The position numbers were made by a program, and so were the translations under genes. The notes under the pieces are model-generated. The model searched no databases and had not been told where the DNA came from. It was given only the letters and a program-made list of their open reading frames with translations. A stretch of 64,000 nt of DNA from a virus (Duplodnaviria > Caudoviricetes): the IMG/VR virus record IMGVR_UViG_2788499831_000001, positions 1 to 64,000 of that record; one strand, given 5' to 3'. Shown one piece after another: positions 46,009-56,031 of this stretch; position 1 is the stretch's first letter, and each line of letters starts with the position of its first letter.

Positions 46009-46911
46009 ATGACTAACGATATTTTTAAACACGCTCGGAAACGAGGACATAGTGTAGTAGAGAACGCTTTACTAGATGATTGTAAACTCACAGGGATGGC
46101 TAAATACCTTTTAATTCAGTTCTGTTCGCATAGGGATGGAGTTTGGAAGGTTAATATGCCCGATATTATTAAACGTTCTAAAAACGGACGTGACGCGCAC
46201 TATAACGCACTTACAGAACTAATACATAATAAGTACGCGGCACGTGTAAAAGTATTGGAAAAGGGTAAGTTCATAAAGCAAATCTACATCTACGGACAAG
46301 TAAAAGAAGATGTTGCCGAAATGTTAGAAGAAACAATCCAAGAACAAATTTCGGAAGGATATCTAGTTCGCGTAGAGTTCGGGAAGCCGATTCCTGAAAA
46401 TCCGGAAATGGTTTCCGAAGGTTCGGAGAGCTCCGAAAACCCACTTCCTGAAAATCCGAATGTGGAAATCCCGAATCCGGAAAGTCAGTACATTATAAAT
46501 AACCAAAGAAAAAATACCAAAAAAGAAAATACCAATATATATATAAATAATATAGCAAAAATTGATGATGATAAGCGAAGCTTCTCTTCTCCTTCCCTTA
46601 CAGAAGAAGAATTAAATTTAATAATCAATTCTCTCCGGGAAGCTACAAAAGACGAATTAACAGATCGAAGCTTTAAATCTGTTTTACGAAAAGTAATGGA
46701 TAAATACAATCAAGGTAAGATTACTAACTTTAGAGATTACTTAATCTCAGCTTTAGCGAATAAGATTGAAGACTTGGAGCTTCGAAGAATAAAAGAAAAT
46801 GCTAAAAAGCAATTACACGAAGATAAAATTGATCGTGGTTTAATAGCGCAATCTTTATCAGAACATCAATATACAGGTAAAGTGCCTTTCTATGATTGGT
46901 TGGCGTCATAA
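46009..46911 (+). CDS. plasmid-prophage replication initiator
   Basis: N-terminal HTH-type replication domain, internal ttcctgaaaatccg repeats (46391, 46445), next to the partition genes. Confidence 0.75.
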   Translation: MTNDIFKHARKRGHSVVENALLDDCKLTGMAKYLLIQFCSHRDGVWKVNMPDIIKRSKNGRDAHYNALTELIHNKYAARVKVLEKGKFIKQIYIYGQVKEDVAEMLEETIQEQISEGYLVRVEFGKPIPENPEMVSEGSESSENPLPENPNVEIPNPESQYIINNQRKNTKKENTNIYINNIAKIDDDKRSFSSPSLTEEELNLIINSLREATKDELTDRSFKSVLRKVMDKYNQGKITNFRDYLISALANKIEDLELRRIKENAKKQLHEDKIDRGLIAQSLSEHQYTGKVPFYDWLAS

Positions 46912-47094
46912 TCAATTTAGGAGGATAAACATATAAAAATTTCACATACCATATCTGTTGTGAAAAAGAGATTTTTCGGTTCGTAGGGGATTTTAACGAA
47001 TCTTAGGGAGGACAAGCCTATGTCTTCCCTACCTCGTAACATGCGTTTTTGTAGATATTGCGAAGTCTTTGCGATGCCCTACGACCTCGCAAAC

Positions 47095-47200
47095 CAACAT
47101 TCAATGATTAACCAATGATAAATTTATCATTTTTGGTATATTTCATTGAATTAAAACGTAAGTATCTGTTAGAATCAAAAATATCAATGATTAACCATTG
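47095..47200. promoter_or_regulatory. candidate parC centromere/operator
   Basis: tcaatgattaacca at 47101 and 47184; palindrome aatgataaatttatcatt at 47114. Confidence 0.55.
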
Positions 47201-47221
47201 GTTTTTGAAAGGGGAATATAT

Positions 47222-48253
47222 ATGTTATTAGGAAATCCGTATGCGATTGACTTAGGAAATGGCTTTACAAAGCGTGCTTCAAAGAAAAATAAATCACTAG
47301 AGGCAGATGTTATTACAGAATTATCGGTGTTAGCACCAGTTGATGATTACTACAACGAAGCTAGTTTCACAAAAATCGAACTAACAAACACTGACTTCCC
47401 TTACTACATAGGAGAAGAAGCTAGAAAATCAAAGCTTCCATTAATTCGTGCACTTGGCGAGAACAAAGCGAAACGTTATGAAGATCCAACGTTTAAGAAA
47501 CAATTATTCGGATTCATTGCAAAAGACTTCAAAAAGAACGTTACTATTCCATTGCTTGTTACAGGCCTTCCGGTATCACACTTCGGTAATCAACGTGAAT
47601 CGATTCAAAAAGTAGCTATGGAAGAAACAGCTGTTAAAGTGAATGGCGAACTAATCACAATTAAGGTAAAACAATGCCTAGTTATTCCGCAACCAGTAGG
47701 GACACAATATTACCTAGTTAAAAAAGAAATCATTAATAAAGAAGATCGTATTCTTATTATCGATGGTGGATTTGGTACATTTGATGTTACTGATATGTCT
47801 GGTAACGCTGTTATCGACCGTTTAGGAACTGAATTAGGCTGTGAGAAAGCATTCATGACTATTGAACAAATCGTTCGCGATAACATTGGTGAAACACCTG
47901 ATTTAAGCGTATCTAACATGCACTATATCCTTGAGAATGGCTATAAGTACAATGGCTCTCTATACGACTTATACACTCATAAAGATGTAGCTGAGAAGGT
48001 TGATGAAGAATTACAACGTCATTTCGATGCAGCACTACGTGAAGTGTCTCAAAAGTTCAACTTAGCTGTATACGATAAAATCGTGTGGACTGGTGGAATG
48101 GCTGCGCTTCATAAAAAACGTATCGAAAAGAAAAAAGAGCAATTCCCAACATTTGCGGTTCTAGAAAATGGTCAAGAAGCTAACCTATTAGGATACTACT
48201 ATTTAGGATGTGACGTATTTGACAAACTTACAAAAGAAAAAGCTTCAAATTGA
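47222..48253 (+). CDS. parM: ParM/StbA-family actin-like segregation ATPase
   Basis: AIDLGNGFTK, TGLP, PQPVG, IIDGGFGT and TGG actin-fold motifs. Confidence 0.92.
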   Translation: MLLGNPYAIDLGNGFTKRASKKNKSLEADVITELSVLAPVDDYYNEASFTKIELTNTDFPYYIGEEARKSKLPLIRALGENKAKRYEDPTFKKQLFGFIAKDFKKNVTIPLLVTGLPVSHFGNQRESIQKVAMEETAVKVNGELITIKVKQCLVIPQPVGTQYYLVKKEIINKEDRILIIDGGFGTFDVTDMSGNAVIDRLGTELGCEKAFMTIEQIVRDNIGETPDLSVSNMHYILENGYKYNGSLYDLYTHKDVAEKVDEELQRHFDAALREVSQKFNLAVYDKIVWTGGMAALHKKRIEKKKEQFPTFAVLENGQEANLLGYYYLGCDVFDKLTKEKASN

Positions 48254-48551
48254 GTTGAATCCTAAAAAGGATGAAAGACTGTATAACATGATTGTTAAAC
48301 TAGAAGAAGAAGGCGAAGGAGAGAAAGGATACGTTAATGATCAAGTGAAAAAACGTTTAGAAATGTATCAAGTTCTTTCTGAAGTAGCTGGAGAAGATGA
48401 CCCAATTGAAATAGTAAAGAAATTGTTAATCAACGTTAGAACTAACGGTGTGCAAATTGAGGAAACAGCAGTCGATGAACCTACCGATGAAGTTGCTAAT
48501 AATGCTATGGATTTAATTGATGGTCTTAACAATTGGAATAACATGAATTAA
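48210..48551 (+). CDS. ParR-like DNA-binding adaptor
   Basis: Overlaps the parM stop; size and acidic C-terminus fit. Confidence 0.7.
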   Translation: MTYLTNLQKKKLQIELNPKKDERLYNMIVKLEEEGEGEKGYVNDQVKKRLEMYQVLSEVAGEDDPIEIVKKLLINVRTNGVQIEETAVDEPTDEVANNAMDLIDGLNNWNNMN

Positions 48552-48680
48552 TAGATATTTAAGTAAAATATAACCTCCTCCCTCTCTCTCACTGCTTTTT
48601 CATGGAATATTGGAATTATGGAAAAGTATCCCTGAGATAAACAAGAGAGAGGAGGCGATTTTTCGAAAGAGGGGAGCTTC

Positions 48681-49061
48681 ATGAGCGTAATCAACCCTAT
48701 GTTTGAACCTCGAAAACAATCTACTACAATAACAAACCAACAACCTCGTAAAACTCGTTCAGACAAAAAGAAAGACGTAAAAATCCCCGTAACTGAAATA
48801 CAAAGACAACTAATAAGAACCTCAGCCTTCCGAGAAGGAATAACCACTACACAATATATGTCTAAATTAATTACAGAACATCTAAACCTATCTTATATTG
48901 CAGAGATACACAACTATGATTATATCGATACGAAAAGATATATACACGCAAAGTTAGATCAAGAAGTTCATAAGAAACTTGTCCATCTCGCTATAGAATG
49001 GGGAGTATCACAAAGAGCTGCAGCAACACGTATTTTATGCTTTGCATTACGCACAATGTGA
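48681..49061 (+). CDS. hypothetical DNA-binding protein (two ribbon-helix-helix-like repeats)
   Basis: 126 aa, RBS gagggg. Confidence 0.65.
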   Translation: MSVINPMFEPRKQSTTITNQQPRKTRSDKKKDVKIPVTEIQRQLIRTSAFREGITTTQYMSKLITEHLNLSYIAEIHNYDYIDTKRYIHAKLDQEVHKKLVHLAIEWGVSQRAAATRILCFALRTM

Positions 49062-49603
49062 GAGGTGACAACATGTATAGTAAATACGATGTGATGACGA
49101 AGGAAATACAACTTATGAGCGCTAGTAATTGGTGGGAACGGACTAAGATTGAATGGAAATTAAAAGAGAAGTACCGTTTTGAAGTGAAGATGCTCAAAAT
49201 TTATTTATTCCGTATGAATATTATTATCGAAGATATGGAAGATGAAGATTACGAGTGTAACGCTAGTGATCTAGCTGAGATACTTGTTGAGGACTTTCTC
49301 GAACATATAAGGTCTAAAAACAGTATGGAACAGCTGTATCAAATTTTAGAAAGTAAAAAGCACTATACAGATTATGAATTAGAATTTAATGAAAATGATG
49401 AACGATATGGAACAATTGAAGTGAAGATTGATAGAAGAACCTTGAGACGTATTGAAGTGTTTTTCTCCGATATGGCCCATACTTTTCCTACGCATGGCTA
49501 CACGGCGGATAAACTGATTAACATCTTAATGTGTGACTACATGAAGTATTATGCTGAAGAACCTGGAAAGAAGCTATCTTTGTTAAAACGGAGATTTTCA
49601 TAA
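48998..49603 (+). CDS. hypothetical protein
   Basis: True start probably MYSKYDV (RBS gaggtg). Confidence 0.7.
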   Translation: MGSITKSCSNTYFMLCITHNVRGDNMYSKYDVMTKEIQLMSASNWWERTKIEWKLKEKYRFEVKMLKIYLFRMNIIIEDMEDEDYECNASDLAEILVEDFLEHIRSKNSMEQLYQILESKKHYTDYELEFNENDERYGTIEVKIDRRTLRRIEVFFSDMAHTFPTHGYTADKLINILMCDYMKYYAEEPGKKLSLLKRRFS

Positions 49604-49680
49604 TGTTCAAGATTCCTATTTTCGGGATGTTTAAAAAATGAAATCTTTGACCACTCTTGTACTAAGAACTTAAAACAGGA

Positions 49681-49923
49681 GTGATTAGAATGGGATGGCT
49701 TATTTCTGGTAAAGGGAGAAAGTCAAAGCTCTCCAATTTTCTGGAGAAAAACAAAATTACTCAGCAAGAATTAGCGGAAAGAAGTGGTGTAAGTAAATCT
49801 ACAATCAGTCGTGTATGCCAAGGTGATAAATTCTCTCCAACTATGAAGAATGCTCAAAAGATTATAAAGGCATTAAAAAAGTTAACAAATAAAGAGGTTC
49901 ATTATGATGATTTTTGGATGTAG
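49681..49923 (+). CDS. XRE HTH protein
   Basis: ITQQELAERSGVSKSTISR. Confidence 0.85.
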   Translation: MIRMGWLISGKGRKSKLSNFLEKNKITQQELAERSGVSKSTISRVCQGDKFSPTMKNAQKIIKALKKLTNKEVHYDDFWM

Positions 49924-49989
49924 CTGGCTAATTGAGTCGGCTTTTTCTTTTGTCGAAACTTTGTCGAACGAAAAGAGACTAAAAACACC

Positions 49990-50053
49990 AAATAACCGTT
50001 GACGGTTATTTAAGGGAGTGATATATTATAACTAACATAACCGATAACGGTTA
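49990..50053 (+). promoter_or_regulatory. sigmaA promoter overlapped by two TAACCG-N4-CGGTTA operators
   Basis: AAATAACCGT-TG-ACGGTTATTT at 49990; second copy at 50038; TTGACG-N17-TATATT. Confidence 0.7.
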
Positions 50054-50072
50054 AACGAAGGAGGAAGTAGCG

Positions 50073-50456
50073 ATGAACGTTATGAAAAAAGCTTGGGAAA
50101 TTGCTCGTAAAGGTCAAAAACAATTTGGTGGCAAAGTTAAAGAATATTTCGCTCAAGCTTTAAAGATAGCGTGGACAATCGTGAAAAAAGGGATGAAATA
50201 TGTACAACTAACAAAAGAAGAATTTATGAATGAAATTCGTAATACAGGGAAATTTGAGGGGTTCTTAACTTACAAAAATGATTTTAAGGATACTCAAAAA
50301 ATCAAAGTTGTAGCTGATTTAGAGAAACAAGAAATCGCTGTTGATATGGGTTTAAAATCTTTATACAGTGACTTATCAGAAGCTATCAATAACTACAAAC
50401 GACATAATCATTATGCAGGAAACGGTACAGAAGTTTATTTTTGGAGAGAAAACTAA
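50073..50456 (+). CDS. hypothetical protein
   Basis: RBS aggagg; 127 aa. Confidence 0.75.
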   Translation: MNVMKKAWEIARKGQKQFGGKVKEYFAQALKIAWTIVKKGMKYVQLTKEEFMNEIRNTGKFEGFLTYKNDFKDTQKIKVVADLEKQEIAVDMGLKSLYSDLSEAINNYKRHNHYAGNGTEVYFWREN

Positions 50457-50860
50457 TGAATAATCCACTAGATAACATCATGGGCGTTAAAGAAGCTGGA
50501 GAAATGTGGGGATTATCAGCAGACCGCGTGAAAGGTTTGTGTCAGTCTGGGGAAGTAATCGCTAAGAAAATCGGGAATAGTTGGGTGCTTGATAAAAATC
50601 AACCGAACCCAAAGGGTGGAAGAAGAATGAGATTAGGAGGAGTGAAAATGAGAACATGGGAACGAGAAGGATATAAAGTGATGGAAGTAGAGCATAATTT
50701 CGATTTACATGCTTTTGATGTAATCAAGAAAGAGAAGGTTGTTGCTACAATTACACCTAACACGATTGAAGATATGAACCATATTATAGACGACCTAAAC
50801 AACGGTGAAGATGTAGATGGTTGGGAAGACGGCATGGGTAATACGATTTCAATAAATTAA
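50456..50860 (+). CDS. HTH_17-like protein fused to a hypothetical domain
   Basis: IMGVKEAGEMWGLS...AKKIGNSW; internal RBS and ATG at ~50647. Confidence 0.7.
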   Translation: MNNPLDNIMGVKEAGEMWGLSADRVKGLCQSGEVIAKKIGNSWVLDKNQPNPKGGRRMRLGGVKMRTWEREGYKVMEVEHNFDLHAFDVIKKEKVVATITPNTIEDMNHIIDDLNNGEDVDGWEDGMGNTISIN

Positions 50861-50889
50861 AAAAAGCCGTCAAATGACGGCCCTTATTT

Positions 50890-51690
50890 TTATTTCACTT
50901 CATACCACCAACCTTTACGGTCAAGCCAACCTTTCATGCCGTTTAATTGCGAATCCGATGTTGGATCAGTAACGAAATATGTTAATCCATTAGATTGTAA
51001 TTTGAAGTCCGCTGTCATCTTCAAAGAATTTAAAGCGCCCATTACATCAGGAGTTTCGTATGGTGAAAAAGCACCTGTTTGGATGATGTTTTGTTTAGGT
51101 TCTTCCGCTTGTACTTGCTCCTGTGCTGCTCCAGTAAACCATGCTAAAGACTTATTTCCTATAAGTGAATTAAGATCACATTTACCGATACCAGGTACAT
51201 TTCCTGTTTCAGTGTATTGCCAAATATCGCAAGGATATGCTGGTTTATTACCACCATAACGCGGAATCCAAACGAAATCACATTTCACATTTGCCATACC
51301 AAAAGGTGCGTACATATGATGACCGACATATAAACCGACTTTCTTAGCTCCTAATCGGTATAACTCATCGATAAACGCCTGTGTACCTGCTCTCATATCA
51401 TTCATTGTTTTTACTTCTACATCAGCCACCCATACAGTTGCGCTCTTATCACCACGGCTCCAGAAGTCTTGCGCTTCTTTCTTCGCATCATTAATCGATA
51501 CAAATCTACAGAACGCATAATTGCCAAAAGGAATATTACGAATCTTCATAGCGGCTACATAAGATTTGTATACTGGATCGACGTAGTTAGAACCATCTTG
51601 TACACGAGCAATTACGAAATCTAAATGTTTTGCTGCCGTATCCCAATCAGGACTTCCATTCCATTTAGACATATCAACAATATATCCCAT
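50890..51690 (-). CDS. endolysin, GH25 muramidase (PlyB-like)
   Basis: [14 protein letters not shown] and IWQYTETG motifs. Confidence 0.92.
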   Translation of the reverse strand: MGYIVDMSKWNGSPDWDTAAKHLDFVIARVQDGSNYVDPVYKSYVAAMKIRNIPFGNYAFCRFVSINDAKKEAQDFWSRGDKSATVWVADVEVKTMNDMRAGTQAFIDELYRLGAKKVGLYVGHHMYAPFGMANVKCDFVWIPRYGGNKPAYPCDIWQYTETGNVPGIGKCDLNSLIGNKSLAWFTGAAQEQVQAEEPKQNIIQTGAFSPYETPDVMGALNSLKMTADFKLQSNGLTYFVTDPTSDSQLNGMKGWLDRKGWWYEVK

Positions 51691-51902
51691 TACTTATCCG
51701 CTCCTTCATTTCGTTTATCAGCAAACCATTTGCCAGCTGTAGGATTAGATACAACACCTGCAGCAATCAAAATGTATAGAATCATATCTACGTATTTTTG
51801 ATATCTTCCTAAGTTAAAGTGAGGAACGGTATCCATTAATACCATCCCTACCAACGCGAATAATGCTACCCATAATCCATAATTCTTGAATTTCTCTTGC
51901 AT
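51690..51902 (-). CDS. small holin-like protein
   Basis: Two TM segments, GVVSNPT motif. Confidence 0.75.
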   Translation of the reverse strand: MQEKFKNYGLWVALFALVGMVLMDTVPHFNLGRYQKYVDMILYILIAAGVVSNPTAGKWFADKRNEGADK

Positions 51903-51904
51903 CG

Positions 51905-52393
51905 TTATTTCCTCCGTTTCCTTGTATCAGAACGTTTTATTTTTGCTTCAATTTCACTCGCTACACTTTCTAATAACCATGTTGGAATCCATTTGTCCCA
52001 ACCAACACGAACGCAATTAGCTGTGAAACTGTTGAAAATGTGATATGTTAAACCGCCAGTTACCATAAAGAAAAAGAAATCAGGTAATTTAAAAGCAATA
52101 TCAAACATGTGAGCTAAACATGGCAATAAAAAAAGCACCACGGTACGCGCGATGCCTTCAACTCCATATGCCGATGAATACGATCCATCTAACTTTGACG
52201 CTTTGCTTCCGGTAATCCAATCGAGTGCAACAACCATCATCAGAATGAATATCCAGATTAGATTAGTTTTTCCATAAACCAAACTTAAGAACGTCCCTAC
52301 TCCACCGCTTACGAATGAAGCTGCTTTAAATTGTGCTGTATTAAAAATATCGATTATATTAAGACTTCTGAAAATGTCATGAACTCGCTCCAA
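51905..52393 (-). CDS. phage holin family protein
   Basis: ALDWITG motif; multiple TM segments. Confidence 0.8.
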   Translation of the reverse strand: MERVHDIFRSLNIIDIFNTAQFKAASFVSGGVGTFLSLVYGKTNLIWIFILMMVVALDWITGSKASKLDGSYSSAYGVEGIARTVVLFLLPCLAHMFDIAFKLPDFFFFMVTGGLTYHIFNSFTANCVRVGWDKWIPTWLLESVASEIEAKIKRSDTRKRRK

Positions 52394-52438
52394 TTGTTCA
52401 CCTCCTTTTACATAATAAAAAAAGACACGCTTGTGTCA

Positions 52439-53395
52439 TTACTTAAAACAACTAACATCCATACCGAATATATCTGCAATATCACTCTCGCTACGATCAG
52501 ATAAATAAGATTCTGTCGTTGACACATCGCTATGATTAGCAAGGGACTTTAATTTTTCGAGTGGTATACCTTGCTCACGAAGATTATCAAGCCTTGAATG
52601 ACGGAAAGCATGGGGATTAATTGAAATTGTTTTACCTTCCTTATTACTCAACATGCTGGATAAAATCTCACACCAGTAATTAAAAGCGCTCTTATTAACT
52701 ACTCTCTTTTGACCATTGCCATATGTCTTTACAAATAGCTGATTAATATTATCTTCTCCTCTATCTTCAAGGTACTTCGAAATTAATAATCTGGTACGTT
52801 CGTTGTAATACAACCTAAATTTCTTGCTTCTTTTTCCAATAACAGTATTTGTATAATACCGTTCAGCCAGTCCATCTTTTAATACCTGGTGCACTTCATT
52901 CTTTCTTGCTGCACTGTAATAAGAAATACCAAGATATACAGCGATAAGTATCTGGTCCTTTTTATCCAGTTCATCTAGTAACCATTCAATCTGTTCCTCT
53001 TTTAAAAATGTGATTTCTCTAATTGGATTTTTCGGTAAACCTTTTACCCTAGAACCAATATTAAATTCATAATCATAATCGTCGTCATCTGCACAAAACT
53101 CAAGTGTGGACCGTAATGCACTCATTAATCCATTTACACGAGCATTAGACATGTCCATTTCTTGAAATACAATACAAAGATTACGAATATCTTTTCTTGT
53201 TAGTTCTGTGAATCTTTTGTTATCAAAATGCTGATAAATCAAATACATTATGATTCTTAGGTCCCACCGATATTGCTTTAAAGTACTCTTTGCTTTTCCT
53301 TGTGCCTTCTTTTCAATCAGGAAGTCCCTAACTAGGTTCTTATTATCTGAACTAACGTGTTTATCGTAAATTATAGGATCTACAATTCGTTTCAA
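52439..53395 (-). CDS. tyrosine recombinase (XerC/D-like)
   Basis: SAARKNE, HAFRHS, ANHS and TESY catalytic motifs; TTG start after aggaggtg. Confidence 0.92.
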   Translation of the reverse strand: MKRIVDPIIYDKHVSSDNKNLVRDFLIEKKAQGKAKSTLKQYRWDLRIIMYLIYQHFDNKRFTELTRKDIRNLCIVFQEMDMSNARVNGLMSALRSTLEFCADDDDYDYEFNIGSRVKGLPKNPIREITFLKEEQIEWLLDELDKKDQILIAVYLGISYYSAARKNEVHQVLKDGLAERYYTNTVIGKRSKKFRLYYNERTRLLISKYLEDRGEDNINQLFVKTYGNGQKRVVNKSAFNYWCEILSSMLSNKEGKTISINPHAFRHSRLDNLREQGIPLEKLKSLANHSDVSTTESYLSDRSESDIADIFGMDVSCFK

Positions 53396-53432
53396 TATAA
53401 TCAGCACCTCCTGATAAAATAAAAAGAACAGA

Positions 53433-53921
53433 TTATTTCTGTTCTGTAGGTTCCGTTTCTTCACCAGTTCCTTCTGATGGTTCAGTTGTTGGCGGTTCAA
53501 CTGGGTTTGTCGGTTGCTCAGGTTCTGTTACAGGCGGTTGTTCTGGCTCTTTTGATTCTTCTTTCACAGGAACAACTTGTTTCACGTCGATTCGAGAGAA
53601 GATGTAGTCACCAATTACGACTGTAATTGTATTATTATTGTTTAATTGTTCATTTAAGTAGATTGGATCATAATCATTTGTTACAATCACCATAGGTTTT
53701 CCACTATTTGTGTGGACTTCTAATTTTGTAGTACCTTCTGTTACAGGTAAATTAACCGGAAGAATACGTTTCACATCAATTCGTTGAATAATAAAATCAC
53801 CGATAAGCACGGTGATTAGGTCATTACTATTTAATTGGTCGTTTAGCACCTGTGCATTGTAAGTTTCAGTTTGTACCTTATGTTTCAGTCCGCTTTGTGT
53901 ATGGATTTCAATTGTTTGCAT
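53433..53921 (-). CDS. hypothetical protein with a duplicated ~55-aa domain and Pro/Glu tail
   Basis: Two HT.SG...IG D....IDVK repeats. Confidence 0.75.
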   Translation of the reverse strand: MQTIEIHTQSGLKHKVQTETYNAQVLNDQLNSNDLITVLIGDFIIQRIDVKRILPVNLPVTEGTTKLEVHTNSGKPMVIVTNDYDPIYLNEQLNNNNTITVVIGDYIFSRIDVKQVVPVKEESKEPEQPPVTEPEQPTNPVEPPTTEPSEGTGEETEPTEQK

Positions 53922-53959
53922 ATGTTATCAATCTCCTTCTCTATTTTTAATTATTCATC

Positions 53960-55927
53960 TCAATACGTGCCACCGCTCCTCGACTGGATAAACAAGCGTC
54001 CTGTAACAGTAGCGTTTATTCTAGCTAAACTATTCGGCGTGATTTTAATCTCAACATAGCGGCCACGTTGAAGTTTTCCCTCATTGTCCTTCGCTAAATA
54101 TGGAATCAAATTAATATCTTGTCCTCTTATTGAGTCAAACGGTAATGTATTCCCATCCACTTCAATCGTTACTTTTGATGGAGTTTGATATAATTCGAAA
54201 ATGCCGAACTCAATTTCATGCGTGTGGTCTGGCAATGTAATATCGTGTTTATGGTTAGGAATGCTGATGTCGTGCGTATGGTTTGGAATACTGATGTTAT
54301 GGCTATGATTTGGGATACTTATACTATGATTATGGTCTGGTAATGAAATATCATGTGTATGATCTCCACTAGAACCGTGTGTATAGAAACTAGATCCCGT
54401 TCCTTTTGCGTAAAATGAAGCCGCAGTATTTCTTCCAGGATCAGAAAAAGCTGTATACAATCCTATTGTTGTTGGTTCAGCAGGCATAATCCCACCACCA
54501 TGAAACATCTTATGAACATGATCTCCGCCACCACTTGATGTTTTAACCGTACCGCCACCAGAACCGGTTGAACTAACGTTTGCTCCTCCTGAACTTGTAG
54601 AACCTACATTAGCACCACCAGCTTGCGTTGAACCAACCGTTGCTCCACCGGATGAAGTAGAACCTACAACAGCCCCGCCGCCTTTGATAGCACGCTCGTA
54701 TGCCCTAAATCTTAATATCTCAAATGTCAGTAACAGTTCATTCACATTCTTAACATCGTTAGGTATTTGAAACCTAATGATAGCTGGATGTTCAGGGTCA
54801 CAATTATCTTGGAAGTCTCGACTATCGATATTTGTTGTCCCTTGAGAATACACTTCGTTGACTCTCTGGCGTTTTTCGATATCGGCTTGTATTGTTCCTA
54901 AATCAGTTACCTTATTTTCTAATACAAGCTTTACATCAAGCGGATTACCTGTAACATCACCTTTAGGACGGTCCATTACTCGTAAATCAACCGATATATT
55001 AAAATCCTCATCATATAAGCGCACTAGCTTACCAGTCTCATACTTTTCTATTTTGTATGGATCAATTAACTCATAATCAATCGCATCTATTTCATACGTA
55101 ACTTTTGGCATACACGCTTTTAGTAACATTGCTTGTGCGGAAGCATAAAGGGTTTTCGGGTCCTCGAATTTTCTATCTACCCAAATGTAATCAAACCCAT
55201 CGTGTAAATCTCTAACAAACTCAGGAGCATCTATATAGGGAAGACCATTGTTAACGCTTTTTATCGTAAGCTGATTAACACCTTCGCCATAACCAAGTGG
55301 ATAAATCCTTGTCATAACATCTTTAGCTTTTACTTTGCGCTTAATACCCTTCATATTCTTCCGGTATCGAAGTTCGCCCGTAATTTCTTCTGAGTATCGG
55401 ACAATGTTTAAAGTCCAAGGATAAGACGAATCATCCCAAGTCCATTGGAATTTTTCATCAAATGGCTTCGGAATGCTATATATTGGGCCTAATAACGTAT
55501 CTTCATTTTCCCAACTGTATGAAAAATACTTTGTAAAATCACATTGACCAAGTTTCCAATGCTTTATTCTTTGTTTGCTAAGGAGATACTCAATGTTCTG
55601 TCTTGTGGTTAAATTAATTCTTTCGTGATAACCAAAAAGCACGCTGTCCATCAGTGTGGATAAAACGTGCTCACAGTCATAAGTTATTATTTTTTCATGT
55701 ACTTCTCTCTCTTCTTCACTGTCCATAATACGGAACATTCCAATACGCTTACCGTTATCAAATATCTCAACATAATCAAACGTTTCAATTTCTTCTCTTT
55801 TCGGATCAGTAAACGGCAATGAAAAACCCGCCGTCCAAAGTTCATTGAGTGGCGGGTTGTATTTTATATTATATGCATTCTCAAGATATGCCTTGAGTTG
55901 CATTTGCTTATTATAGAGTTTTAGCAA
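53960..55927 (-). CDS. tail-associated (Tal/endopeptidase-type) minor tail protein of phage A
   Basis: TRIYPLGYGEG motif; C-terminal GG-x-V-G-S-T and PxHxH repeats. Confidence 0.85.
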   Translation of the reverse strand: MLKLYNKQMQLKAYLENAYNIKYNPPLNELWTAGFSLPFTDPKREEIETFDYVEIFDNGKRIGMFRIMDSEEEREVHEKIITYDCEHVLSTLMDSVLFGYHERINLTTRQNIEYLLSKQRIKHWKLGQCDFTKYFSYSWENEDTLLGPIYSIPKPFDEKFQWTWDDSSYPWTLNIVRYSEEITGELRYRKNMKGIKRKVKAKDVMTRIYPLGYGEGVNQLTIKSVNNGLPYIDAPEFVRDLHDGFDYIWVDRKFEDPKTLYASAQAMLLKACMPKVTYEIDAIDYELIDPYKIEKYETGKLVRLYDEDFNISVDLRVMDRPKGDVTGNPLDVKLVLENKVTDLGTIQADIEKRQRVNEVYSQGTTNIDSRDFQDNCDPEHPAIIRFQIPNDVKNVNELLLTFEILRFRAYERAIKGGGAVVGSTSSGGATVGSTQAGGANVGSTSSGGANVSSTGSGGGTVKTSSGGGDHVHKMFHGGGIMPAEPTTIGLYTAFSDPGRNTAASFYAKGTGSSFYTHGSSGDHTHDISLPDHNHSISIPNHSHNISIPNHTHDISIPNHKHDITLPDHTHEIEFGIFELYQTPSKVTIEVDGNTLPFDSIRGQDINLIPYLAKDNEGKLQRGRYVEIKITPNSLARINATVTGRLFIQSRSGGTY

Positions 55928-56031
55928 TGTATCACCTTCTTTGCAAAATAAAAAAGCCTGCTATAAGCACGCTTCATTTTGTTGTAAAATTCGTATTTTA
56001 TTTAATTTATTGTATTACCGCAAATACTGCG

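Noticed and set aside
52400-53440. attL/attR core or dif site for phage A
   Set aside because: No short core repeat at the element ends and no dif-like 28-mer seen; the boundaries are explained by the 645-bp homology.
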